Source: Eledone cirrhosa (taxonomy: Eukaryota). From it: a stretch of DNA of 64,000 nucleotides. Below, piece by piece: positions 1 through 13,140 of this stretch. The position numbers and the translations under genes are program-made. The stretch covers positions 198,896,001-198,960,000 of the forward strand of contig OZ024743.1 in the NCBI GenBank assembly GCA_964016885.1, in the 5' to 3' direction. Positions within the stretch are counted from its first letter, which is position 1. Every line of letters starts with the position of its first letter. Under the pieces are notes generated by a model. It was not told the DNA's origin. It did not search any database and was given only the letters and a program-made list of their open reading frames with translations.

Positions 1-219
1 AAGGGAAATGCAAAGGCAAATACAGCTTGGCACCATGAAGCATTTATTTGATAAAGTAGTCGTATATAAACAACAGTCGGGAAAGAAAAATGTTGGGCAA
101 AGTTAGTGTGCCCTACATCAGATGTATGGTCAATCACAGCAGCGGGATCGATTAAATAAATATCTGTAATTTATTTGGACTGATAATCCATTGTATAAAC
201 ATCTTTGTCATACCTACTC

Positions 220-401
220 CATCAGGAAAATGTGTACCTGTATTTCAAAGAGCCAGACATGTCACACTGAATCTCCCTGAGAAGTACGCTAAGTATGTAC
301 ATATCTGTGGAATTCTCATCCACTTGCACGTTAACTGTAACGTTTCGTTGTTCCATTGTTCAAACGACTGAAACACTTATCGTCACAACCGACGAAGTTC
401 C
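220..401 (+). mobile_element. Diverged 3' part of a cephalopod SINE
   Basis: Resembles the recalled octopus SINE tail ccacttgcacgttaa...cgtcgtaaccgacggagtgcc; not database-checked. Confidence 0.4.
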
Positions 402-904
402 TACACACGTACATGTGCGAGATATCCTTCTATCAATTCCATCTTGACTATCATCGCTTCTCTTGTCTCTGCTTCTTATGATACGGTTCTCCCACAGTCT
501 CAAATATTTATATAATTATACCATTACTGTAACCAACTCTCTCATACAATGTCTGTTAATCTGTTTCTTAGTTTATCTCCGTCTCTCTTTCTCTCATATT
601 AGTCCCCTTCTGTTCACACCATTCTCACTTTTACTATTCAAATCACCCACGACAAAATTTTACTTTCCCTATCCTTTTGCTTCACCCTCGTGGATAAGGT
701 AACAAGAGACTTAATACGTAAAATTGACGGAGTTATATATGTAAGGAAAAGGATCACGTGCAAACATACATAAGGGCATCATACATACATACCTTCATAC
801 ACACATACATACATGTACAAACATTATTATGTACACAGATACATATATCTACACGCATCCCGATACAGGTCCATGCACAGACATATATACAAACACATAC
901 ACAA

Positions 905-943
<39 letters not shown>

Positions 944-1268
944 CATCCAACCTTCGTTTAATACACACACAAGCATATTGTCTTTTCTTTAACGTTTTCC
1001 GTATTATTTACAAATAAAACCATCAATAGAATATATACCTATGCACACACACATCATTTTATATATATATATATCCTAAACGGACGGTAGTCCGTTTAGT
1101 AATATTGTTGTGGTCGTGTTTTCGTTGGCAATCGTCTGTTTACGACAGTACAGCGCGGCTCTACTTTATTTAACTGAGATAAAACTTATATGAGCATGAA
1201 CAGTAGATCATTACGCATCTTTTGGCTTAAAAATCTAGAAATTTGGTCCCGCGGGAAAAAGTATATAA

Positions 1269-1514
1269 TCAAAGTTTGCTGATAAATCTTGTGTTCAAGT
1301 GACGCTAGGGGAGGTAATCCAGAAATGACGACGTTTGGAAAAGTTTAATTACTGCATGAAAGAAATGATTCAAAAATTAAACTTGCCCAATCTTCACAAC
1401 ATTGAAAATTGGTCAAAATTTGACAAATCTGACTTCAAACCAGATATGATTCATTTGAACAATGTTGGAAATCTTAAATTGACACAAATTTTTGCCAATG
1501 TTTTTGCCACCTGA
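1269..1514 (+). pseudogene. SGNH/GDSL-hydrolase-like C-terminal fragment
   Basis: Manual translation SKFADKSCVQVTLGEVIQK*RRLEKFNYCMKEMIQKLNLPNLHNIENWSKFDKSDFKPDMIHLNNVGNLKLTQIFANVFAT*. It contains the block-V DxxH-x-N-xx-G motif (DMIHLNNVG) and one internal TGA. Confidence 0.55.
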
Positions 1515-1640
1515 TCCTTGTTCTATGGCTGACTGGCTAATTGTGTGACTTAATAAAATGTCATCATACTATTAATGCACAATGGTCATTTTTAAATTTA
1601 AATTTTATTAAATAGTTGTTGCTTGCATTGCCTTGAAATA

Positions 1641-1788
1641 GTTGTTTCTACTTTAGGCAAAAGGCCAGCAATTACCCAGTGCATTACTGGTACTTTATTT
1701 TATCGACCCCGTAAGGATGAAAGGCAAAGTCAACCTCGGCGGGATTTGAACTCAGATCGTAAAGGGACGTAACTATGCTGGAAAGCAT
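1641..1788 (-). mobile_element. tRNA-derived SINE (main family), 5'-truncated
   Basis: Matches the full copy at 20314-20491; bracketed by the TSD-like repeat gcattgccttRaaatag. Confidence 0.85.
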
Positions 1789-1856
1789 TGCCTTAAAATA
1801 GTAACAAGAATATATACACATACTTATTAAAAATACATCATTATCAGTCAAATCAG

Positions 1857-2207
1857 TCAAATGTCACTAAAAGCCAGGTGGTCGATAACAACTTCTATAA
1901 GATTAGTTACATGCTCACACATTGGATCACCTCGCATTGAGTGTCTGAGATAATCGTGGAGATAACTGATGAAGTCACAAATGAAGTGATGGTCTTCCAG
2001 TGTGAACAACTCCTTATATCCATTGATATATGTGATGGCTTCCGATTCATAGGTGCATTTTATGAGGAATTCCATGCATCCGATTTTCAGTGATTCAATG
2101 GGCATTTTATCAGAGAGGATAAGGTATTTGACCACGTTTTGCTTTGTAAGTAAATTGGAGAAAATCACTGCAGTCAAAGTCATTTCTTTGCATGGGTTTT
2201 TGTCCAT
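1857..2207 (-). CDS. 116-aa ORF or terminal exon with SPOP/BTB-associated BACK-like domain
   Basis: SNLLTKQNVVKYLILSDKMPIESLKIGCMEFLI aligns by eye with the SPOP C-terminal [31 protein letters not shown]. An acceptor-like ttttaactttttag lies just 5' of the ATG on the minus strand. Confidence 0.5.
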   Translation of the reverse strand: MDKNPCKEMTLTAVIFSNLLTKQNVVKYLILSDKMPIESLKIGCMEFLIKCTYESEAITYINGYKELFTLEDHHFICDFISYLHDYLRHSMRGDPMCEHVTNLIEVVIDHLAFSDI

Positions 2208-2480
2208 TCTAAAAAGTTAAAATGATAAAGTATTACTACTATATAACTTACATCGATTGTTGTAACACCATTGAAATGCACAAATTTCACCAATTCACTA
2301 TTATGCACTAATCATCTCAAATGCATTCATGATTTACTAGCTTTGTCATTAAGCCAGTTGCCTCAACTAGATTGCAATTATACTCAAAAGAACTTTAAAA
2401 TGTCAATCACTTGTCAGTAATTCACTATGATCATTTAATTATTAGATAGTTGTTGCTTGCATTGCCTTAAAAAATAGTAG

Positions 2481-3572
2481 ACCAGATAGAAAAATGCGTA
2501 CAGCAAAAATAAGTAATATTGTTGGAATATAAACCTTTAAAAATACAGGACAAGAAACTAAAATAAAACTTTAAAAGAATAGGACAAGAAACTAAATAAA
2601 ACTTTAAAAGAATAGGACAAGAAACTAAGATAAAACTTTAAAGTATTGGACAAGAAATAAAAAGTTTTACAATAATATTAGTGGCAACATTTTTTTATTC
2701 GTTTCCTGTGCTATGCCCCAGTATCTTCTTGATTAGTGCATAATAATTGTCATGCTCTCATTGTGCGTTTCCCCTGAGCGGTTGGTTCTGTTTGGAGTTG
2801 GTTGGCTGAGCAGTTCTGCTCCGTCAGAATGACCATTGCAAGAAGAATTGGCCGATGCAGCTGCAGGTCTCCTCCAAGAATGCTCTTCTGGTCCCGCAAC
2901 ACCAGACGAAGATGGAGAAGACGACCGGGACAAGATGTCGACTCTGACCACCGATTACGGCACCTCCCTCAACCACCGGTCCTCCCTCCCTCTGTCCCGT
3001 CATCCCTCCAGTCCTCCTGCTCCCCCTTCCTGTACCAGAAAGCTGTGGCACGCATTCATCTGGACTGCCGGACTTGAACTCAAGGACAAGATGCAAGGAG
3101 AAGATGGACGGGTTGGTCAAGATCCAGGATGAGCGGGACGACAAGACCGTCCGCTGCTGCTCAAGATCTGTGCTCATGGGCCCATGGGTACATTCACATT
3201 ATGCATGACACATGAGGCGTGTCGCCGAATGATGAAATAGGGGTATGGGTATGGCCCAATTGGTGTTCAAACCAGGATCAAATGATCCCCCGGTCTGACG
3301 ACGACCTCTGAATGTGGAACCCAGAGCCTATGAATGTGGAACTCGATTTTTTACCAATAAAAATTTTGCCAATAATATTATTGTAACATTTTTTATTTCT
3401 TGTCCAATTCTTTAAAGTTTTATCTTAGTTTCTTGTCCTATTCTTTTAAAGTTTTATCTTAGTTTCTTGTCCTATTCTTTTAAAGTTTTATTTTAATTTC
3501 TTGTCCTGTATTTTTAAAGGTTTATATTCCAACAATATTACTTTTTTTGCTGTACGCATTTTTCTATCTGGT
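2481..3572. mobile_element. Non-autonomous long-TIR (foldback-like) DNA transposon
   Basis: ~215-bp inverted repeats 2481-2699 / 3356-3572 (accagatagaaaaatgcgtacagc... / ...gctgtacgcatttttctatctggt). Each holds ~4 tandem ~30-bp units and they enclose a GC-richer core. Confidence 0.8.
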
Positions 3573-3600
3573 ATATATATATATATATATATAATATTAT

Positions 3601-3834
3601 ATAGGAAAATGTTTAACTCCGACAGCAGAGATCAAGCCGTTTCGACAGCTGTTTCTGGACTAAATTAGAATTTTTACCACGCTCAAAATTGTAATTTAGT
3701 CCAGAAATAGCCGTTGAAACGGCTTGAGCTCTGCCGTCGGGGTTAAACATTTTCCTATTACCCACTCTACTACCACAAGTATTGAGTTGTCTGGTGCGTT
3801 ACGGTCCATCTGGTTCCTTACCACACTTCCTTCG
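3601..3834 (+). mobile_element. PLE 3'-terminal remnant with inverted head (family 1)
   Basis: Arms 3601-3667 / 3692-3758 plus a ~75-bp tail; homologous to the PLE end at 61787-61850; (TA)n flanks. Confidence 0.75.
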
Positions 3835-3889
3835 TAATATTATATATATATAATATAAGATCAAAAGATGGTTAAAGGAGTTCCATGTA

Positions 3890-3955
3890 TTTTATTATGC
3901 GCATTTCAAAAACAAAATCATCATGCAATAATATTTGTGTTTTCATCAGATAAAA
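3890..3955 (-). ncRNA. Type I hammerhead ribozyme
   Basis: Minus strand: uuuuau-CUGAUGA-stem II-GAAA-ugcgca-UA-auaaaa, with palindromic stem III AUGCGCAU. Confidence 0.75.
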
Positions 3956-4065
3956 CAGGAGAACATGATATGAAGGCTAAAAAACACTTGTGGATAGTGC
4001 AGTTTTAAATCAACATAACTGCACTATCCACAAGTGTTTTTTAGCCTTCATATCATGTTCTCCTG

Positions 4066-4132
4066 TTTTATCTGATGAAAACACAAATATTATTGCATGA
4101 TGATGTTTGTTTTTGAAATGCACATAATAAAA
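4066..4132 (+). ncRNA. Type I hammerhead ribozyme
   Basis: ttttat CTGATGA aaacacaaa..tttgttttt GAAA tgcaca TA ataaaa; stem I 6 bp, stem II 8/9 bp. Confidence 0.7.
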
Positions 4133-4255
4133 TACATGGAACTCCTTTAACCATCTTTTGATCTTATATTATGTATACTCCAGTCCTACAAACTGTAGAG
4201 TGCTTCTTATCCGATATCTGCATTGTTTTATTGTACTACAATAAAACTCACCTCC

Positions 4256-4308
<53 letters not shown>

Positions 4309-4494
4309 AGAGAGAGAGAGAGAAGGGGGCATATGGGGGTGTATACGTGTGATGCACTATATCTAGATTTTGTCTTGCACAAGTACGAGCGCATAGCACT
4401 TTCTCCTTATCTCCTGTTATAGATATATGTATATATTTATGTGTGTAGTTGTGTCTGTGTGTGTGTGAGCGTGTGTGAGCGTATCTGAGTGCAC

Positions 4495-4617
4495 ACATAT
4501 ATATATATATATATATATACATATATAAACAAATACGCAACCCTAAGGGTCATATATATATATATATAAATATATATATACATATATAAACAAATACGCA
4601 ACTCTAAGGGTCATATA
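4495..4617. repeat. Tandem duplication (~62 bp x2)
   Basis: catatataaacaaatacgcaacYctaagggtcatat occurs twice. Confidence 0.85.
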
Positions 4618-4764
4618 AGTCTGTACTAATATCATTTAGTTGATGTTTTTTTAAACACTCTCTTAGTATCTATCCCTCGAATACATTGTTGCTAGTTGTT
4701 ATCCTCCTTCCCTCTCTATTTATCTATCTCACTCTCTTTCTCTCTTTCTATATATATATATATG

Positions 4765-4831
<67 letters not shown>

Positions 4832-4834
4832 ATA

Positions 4835-4921
<87 letters not shown>

Positions 4922-5204
4922 TTCTTTATATCTATCTATTTTATACACACAAACACAAACATCTAAACACATAATTAAACATGTTGGTACAATACTACTC
5001 CATACGTCCCTCTACACCCATCACCTTTCATAAAGATCTTCTGGGTTTTTTTTATTTCTTCACCAATAGCATCATTGACATGTGAAGATGTCAGCTTTAA
5101 TTCATTAGACAGTTTTGCTGAGTACTGGAATCCAGGATATATTGATTACCTTATTGAATTTAATTTCATATACATACACATATAAAACACACATAATCAC
5201 ACAC

Positions 5205-5301
<97 letters not shown>

Positions 5302-5360
5302 ACTATAGAAATATATAAAAGAAAACATGTTTATACAGAAACATATATATATATATATAT

Positions 5361-5435
5361 ATTGGATCGTCATGTATGAAATTTCTTGAAATTTCTAGAA
5401 AAAAACATATTTCTACAAATTTCATACTTGACGAC

Positions 5436-5441
<6 letters not shown>
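5361..5441. repeat. Short inverted repeat island in (TA)n
   Basis: attggatcgtcatgtatgaaattt / aaatttcatacttgacgacccaat. Confidence 0.7.
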
Positions 5442-5485
<44 letters not shown>

Positions 5486-5727
5486 GGTTCATGCACGCGT
5501 ATGCGTAGGTGTAAATTATATGGGCCAGGGTGCATGCGAGTGAATGCGCATACATATTTGCATGTCAGTGTATACGAGAACATATATATATGAACAATGT
5601 ACGAAGCCGAATTTTCAGCTTTTGAAACGTTGAAAATATATGTATAAAATATAAAATATAGTCTTTGGCGTAATGTTAGTCCAGATAGAGACGCTACTTC
5701 TCATTTCTGTACAGTAAATATCATGAT

Positions 5728-5807
5728 TAGTTCCTGAAGAGTGAAAAATACTTAGGTGGTAAACTGTATTCAATATTTAATATTATTGTAGACTGAAATA
5801 TAAATTG
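5728..5807 (+). ncRNA. Degenerate hammerhead-like motif
   Basis: tagttc CTGAAGA ...act GAAA ta TA aattg; core intact but stems weak. Confidence 0.35.
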
Positions 5808-5912
5808 CATTTTTGTAATGATCATTTTGAACATTTTCTCATATATATATATACATATATATATGTGTTTATATACAAACACACACACACATATACATAT
5901 ATTTATACAGAG

Positions 5913-5991
<79 letters not shown>

Positions 5992-6622
5992 AGCTTTGAT
6001 AGATAGAGAGATAAATAAATCGAGGGATAGATATAGTTAGAGAGTGTGAATCAAACGAAGTGAGAAAGAGCCATGTTTGATTACTTCAGTTAACATGTGA
6101 TAAGCTGATCTTGCTATCGTTGTGAGATGTAATCCTTTATTTGGTACTGATAACCAATGTTTAAACTTATTTTTATTTGTTAGGTGAGACTGCTGATGGA
6201 TTCATTTCACAGATAATAATCTTATAAATTATCATTCGTTATTAATTCTTACTATTCTTTCGAGTAAATACTTCATTAAAAAAAACAAAAAAACTTTGTA
6301 ATTTAATCTGGATCCATTTCTTTAAAATTTGTGTTGGATTTTTGTAAGCAAACATGCACGCAGGCACACTCTCAATCACACACACGTGCATCGAGAGAGG
6401 AAAAGACTTAATCTTTTTTGTTGCCCCTCTCTTACTCTGAATTAATCTTACATAATTATAAACATTATATACACATACATATATATCTTTTTCTCTCCTT
6501 CATTTTATCTCTTGTCTTTCTTACCTTAGACATTATAAACGATGCTTTACAAAATAAATATACATACACATTTTATCGCCTTGTGCCTGTGTTAAAAACA
6601 AATATTGTGGCGTGGAGATACA

Positions 6623-6736
6623 ACCCTTTACGTTCTGAGTTCAGATCCCGCTGAGGTTAACTTTACCTTTCATCCTTACGAGGTCGGTAAAATAAAGTAC
6701 CAGTAAATTGTTGGACTTGTGCCTAAATCAGGAACC
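6623..6736 (+). mobile_element. tRNA-derived SINE (main family), partial
   Basis: gagttcagatcccgctgaggttaactttacctttcatccttacgaggtcggtaaaataaagtaccag. Confidence 0.8.
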
Positions 6737-6739
6737 GTT

Positions 6740-7143
<404 letters not shown>

Positions 7144-7751
7144 GTCAGGTCATCAGTTGGTGCTACTGGTAACATGTATCCCAGTACAACCTGTCCCATG
7201 GTCGGGTCGTTGGCGACTAAACTGGCAACCCCACCAAGGTTTCTTGGTGAGGAGGGTGACTTTGGACATCCTGCAGGACTAAAAACAAAACCTGTCAAAG
7301 GGCAAAGGAGCTCTTAAGAGTCAATGGCCATCCAAAATCACCGGGAGAGATGACCCCTTAGCCTTTGTAAAGGCAGAATTCTAGGAGAAGGAAAACTCTG
7401 ATATAACACCTGCAACTCTGATGGTATCCAATGATGTTGACTTGTTCTTCTTTTTGGTAAATATCATCTTGGTTAAGAGAGTGGGACTGGCTTTGTGCAG
7501 TGCCTTTGCTCACTATAAAAGCTTCACGGCACAGGCATTGCTTTGTATCTGGAGATCTCTCTGCACTTGTGATCACATGGTACCATGGGCCCAGCACTAT
7601 GTGTCAATAATTGTCACAAGTGTAGTGTTTGTACCAGAGTTTTCAAGTCACTGGCTGGACTAAAAAGTCACACTTGTTCAGCGCATCGGTAGGGGTTCTC
7701 CTACATGGATATAAAGTAGTGTGGCCGTACTCGAAAACGAGTTGGCAGCCA

Positions 7752-7754
<3 letters not shown>
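7144..7754 (+). mobile_element. Non-coding element type A (probably non-autonomous RTE derivative)
   Basis: Near-identical to 16976-17584. Starts gtcaggtc, ends gcagccacca, and contains ctaggagaaggaaaactctga, a motif recalled from RTE 5' UTRs. Confidence 0.7.
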
Positions 7755-7804
<50 letters not shown>

Positions 7805-7856
7805 CACACATATATATATATACACATATATATATATACATATATATATATATGTA

Positions 7857-7910
<54 letters not shown>

Positions 7911-7913
7911 CAT

Positions 7914-8029
<116 letters not shown>

Positions 8030-8034
8030 ATTGT

Positions 8035-8688
<654 letters not shown>

Positions 8689-9062
8689 AAATTTAAAAAA
8701 ACGGACTTAAAGACTCACGTTAATCCCCTATAATTTAATGAGCTCAAGGAATCGATTCCGGGTTCTTTATATGACAGTATATAGAGAAAAATACACAAAG
8801 ATGTAGGTGTTCAATTTCCTTAATACTCCAATTGTGAAATACTATATCATTTTGTAATAAATATATTCCGTTAAAGCTTCTCTATTTGACATGTACCAGA
8901 TGACCCAGCTTTTATGAATAATTGAGAAGAGAGTATTGAGAAATTTGTAGATAACTTAATAAATTGTTATTTATACTAATCTTATTAAAATCCATCAATT
9001 GAAAAATTTAAAGTGAAATGATGTCATTACAAATCGGATTGAGTTAATTCATTTCTCAAATA

Positions 9063-9211
9063 GATGATATTGATGATGATTAGGGTGGTGATACTGATGA
9101 TGATGATGATGATGCTAATGTGGTAATGATGATGATGTTGTTGTTGATAAGGATGTTGATGAGGATGAGGATGATGATGATGATGATGATCATCATCATC
9201 ATCATCATCAA

Positions 9212-9253
<42 letters not shown>

Positions 9254-9369
9254 GAAACTGATTATGCTTGTAACGATGATGATGATAGCAATGATGATGG
9301 TGATGATGATGTTGATGATGATTATGATGATGATGATGATGATGTTAATGAAACTAAAGATGATTTTAC

Positions 9370-9410
<41 letters not shown>

Positions 9411-9466
9411 GCAGTGATGATGAAGATTATGATGACGGTGATGATTATGATGATGATCATCATCAT
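9063..9466. repeat. (GAT)n/(CAT)n compound microsatellite
   Basis: Direct reading. Confidence 0.95.
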
Positions 9467-10657
9467 TTTTCACAATAATTCAAACACAGTATACATATAT
9501 ACATGAGGGAGCGAGTAATGTAATTATCTATCATTACGTGGGGTGGGGCAAATCGTTATATAATATACGTGTGGGACAAGTTTAAAATGTATAAGAAACA
9601 GAATAGTTATATGGAAATAGATAAAAGATTACAAAAACAACATGATATAATCAACATATAAACAACATATTTTAAAGTCCACTTAAGTTGGGTGAGAACA
9701 CCCTCCTATTTTACTTTTCCACCATTTTTTGTACCCAACGTCACCATTTTTAAGTAAAGTTTCCTTTGTGTAATGAAAACGTATTGGTGAGCAATTTACC
9801 AACTGTCTATCATCCGTATATATATATATATATACACTGGTCCTCTCTTACTAACTTGTCTTGCTAGCCCAACACGTTCTCGAAACAACACTCAAACTTA
9901 CACTGAAATGTAGCCATCTATTGTAACTTCACTTCACAGCTCACAACTATGAACCCTATGAGGTTTTCCGGAGAAGATGCTGCATCTTCCTTTTTTTTTT
10001 TTGTCAGATCCTCAATCCCTTTTTATCATTGATGCTTTTGCCAATAATATACCTTTGTCAATTATCCTCTATCCTTTTGTTTATCACAAGACAATGAAGT
10101 TGCCCGACCATTCGTAGAGCTTCCTGTGGCAGAAATGCCTTTAATAGAGTTTCATTCCACAAGTGTGACAACTGAGCTTTGAATCAATGCCTACAACGGG
10201 GCATAACATAGGAATGAGATCATGGTTCTGAAGGCTCATAGGGATGTGCAAGTCTATAACCACTTTTATCGTCCAAGTACCGTTTCTGGCTACTTGCTGA
10301 CTTATCACTCGTTCATAGTTTGCTACAAAATGAAATCGAGACAAAGGTCGGCTTTATGTCCTATAGACCTGGTTATCATTCTTGTATTACGCTACCCCAT
10401 ATACTAGGGTACAAATTTATGTGCAGTGTTTCACGTAAACTTTCTGGCTGAATCTGAGCCTCACCCTCGTGTTTGAAAATCAGGAAAATAGGGCTTTACT
10501 TTTCTCTGTGAACATGAAAATAATCCAGATATCTGTCAGTATCATCCTTATCTGAAGTGGGGGATTGCAGGTACCTCAAAATCTCTCCTTCCCTTTGGGA
10601 TGTCAACGTCGGTAAGTTTTATTCTCTTCAGCTACCGAATAAATTATTTGAGCAGAG

Positions 10658-10900
10658 AGATGGAATCCTTATAGATATAACATTGCTACTGTTTCAAATT
10701 AGAATGTGCCATTTCCAAATTTCATATTACGTAGGGGATGCCTGAGCAATCAACAAAACCTCAGCTGCTCTCAACACAAATAGATGGAATCCTTATAGAC
10801 ATAATTTCGCTACTGTTTCATATTAGTTTGTGCCGTTTCCAAATTTGATATCTCATAAAGGAAGGCAATCAACAAGACCTTAACGAATCTCAACACAAAC
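10658..10900. repeat. Diverged tandem duplication (~124 bp x2)
   Basis: agatggaatccttataga...tctcaacacaaa at 10658-10781 and 10782-10900. Confidence 0.85.
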
Positions 10901-11590
10901 ACAAGGGCTTATTCACTGCTACCAAATCTACAAATGAAATTTGAGACTTCAAAATAGTAATATGAATATTAATAAAAGGATACATAACAAACTAATGATA
11001 ATTACTCATTATTTTTATTCTAAAATTCAGTTAATTAAGGTTTTATGTCTGTGATGGTGCCCATATTGAGTAGTAGTATAAATATGCTACACAGTTTCTA
11101 TTTAACCAACGAAAGTGATAATTCATTTGGAAATAGGGAAACTAATAGTCATTGATTGGGGAATCAAACGACACACGTATAAATGTACTCCTACACACAC
11201 CCAAGTACTCGGTATGAATCCTATTAATATTTATGAATAAATAATTAAACGAACTGGATGCATTAATTAACATAAGGGTTGCTGTTTTGAGAATTCATTC
11301 ATTTTTATTTATTTATATTTATTTTTTATTCGTTTTTGTTTTTCTATTAAAAACGTTTCTATTTTACCAATTTGCCACTGATTAACATGCGGAATAGGTC
11401 CACACTATTACACACACATAGACTCACACACAAACTTTGTATAATTAAAGTGTTAATAAAACATTTTGTTGTGACTCTTCACTCATCGAATTTTGATATC
11501 CAAAGCATTTATACATTTAATCGCAACTTGTGTTATTGAGTAACAAAATGTTCGTACTGATATTTTTTAAGCATTAAATAAATATCTATT

Positions 11591-11672
<82 letters not shown>

Positions 11673-11838
11673 CACACACATGCGCAAGCGCGTACACATA
11701 CGCACATACACACACATCACACACACACATATATATATATAAACTCGGTAGATGAGATCACAATTTTGATTCCTCTTATGTTCTGCAGATATGGTCTTGA
11801 AACCTTAAGTAGCAGTTTTGTTCCGTGTATGAACATAA

Positions 11839-12031
11839 GGCAGTATCGGTAGAGAGTCGGACACCATGCTTTGCAGCATAGAGTTACGGTATGAGTTCAA
11901 ATCCTGCTGAGGTTAACTTTGCCTTTCATCCTTACGGGGTCGATAAAATAAGGTACCTGTAAGGTACTGGGGTCGGTTTAATCGACTATCCCCTCCCCCC
12001 AAATTACTGACTTTGTGCCTATAGTAGAAAT
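11839..12031 (+). mobile_element. tRNA-derived SINE (main family)
   Basis: A-box-like ggcagtatcgg, B-box gagttcaaatcc, core gcctttcatccttacggggtcgataaaa. Confidence 0.9.
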
Positions 12032-12038
12032 ACAGTAT

Positions 12039-12093
<55 letters not shown>

Positions 12094-12313
12094 GCCCTGT
12101 ATTTAAGACGATGTTGATTTGAGAGATATGTTATTATTTCTATCAGGACGAGCGATTTCAGAGATGCTTCCGTACTTTCAGCCTTACGGGGTCGATAAAA
12201 TAAAGTACCAGTCCTGCCCCGAAAATTGCTGGCCTTGTGCCTAAATAAGAAACCACTATTACTACTACCATCATTATCATCATCATCATTATCATCATTT
12301 TCATTATCATAGC

Positions 12314-12705
12314 TTCTGGTAGAGCATTTCTGAACTCCGAAAATTAAATACTTTCAAAGCTATTACCATCATCATTGACGTCACAAATATACCACTAGTA
12401 ATAGTAGTAAAAGCTATGATAATGCTTCTTTATTAACCACAAGGGTTTACATAAAGTAGACATTAAGGACAGTACAGGACAATACAGAACGGTACAAATT
12501 TTACACGCAGAAATGCCCATTTGTACCGTCCTGTATTGTCCTGTACTGTGCTTAATGTCTACTTTGTGTAAACTCTTGTGGTTAATAAAGAAAGCATTAT
12601 CATAGCTTTTACTACTATTACTAGTGGTATATTTGTGACGTCAATGATGATGGTAATAGCTTTGAAAGTATTTAATTTTTGGAGTTCAGAATTTCTCTAC
12701 CAGAA
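12314..12705. repeat. 186-bp-arm palindrome containing a LINE 3' tail and its flank
   Basis: 12314-12499 / 12519-12705 with several mismatches; the inner part matches the tail at 27695-27770. Confidence 0.9.
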
Positions 12706-13140
12706 ATACCAGATTCACCGGATATATGAACAAACATTAAAACTGGAAAATTTGTCGTTTTGATAAATCTATGGTTTGTGTTAGAGAAAGCCTATGTTTT
12801 ATGTTGATTACTGTTTCGTAAAAGTGATTAAAAACAAGAAAGATATTTTGATAAATTTTTTTATAGCGTATAATTACAAAAATGTTCAACTTATATGTGC
12901 AACATATAAGTTATATGACTTATATGACATACAAGATTAAATGTTAGAAATAACTATTTACAGGAGAAAATGTGACAAGACATTGTGACAAGAATGAGGA
13001 CTTTTTATTGCAGCTACATGACAGATATGTATTGTGTGTGTGTGTGTATCTATGTGTGTGGATCTATCTGTGTGGATGTATAAAGAGTTACAATCATGGC
13101 ATATTGTCATGGTCGATTATTATTATTATTATTATAATTA

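Larger units (their letters stand above)
3850..4258 (+). mobile_element. PLE-type fold-back remnant (family 2)
   Basis: Near-perfect palindrome 3850-4004 / 4017-4172 with a 12-nt loop and a tail to 4258, between (TA)n tracts; each arm carries an HHR. Confidence 0.75.

Noticed and set aside
2547-2662. 30-bp repeats resembling a CRISPR array
   Set aside because: Head-to-tail with no spacers, mirrored in the opposite TIR, eukaryotic context and no cas genes.
7144-7754. Helitron interpretation of elements A/B (5' TC, 3' hairpin)
   Set aside because: The 3' end is CACCA rather than CTRR, the 5' flanking base is G, and an RTE-like motif is present.
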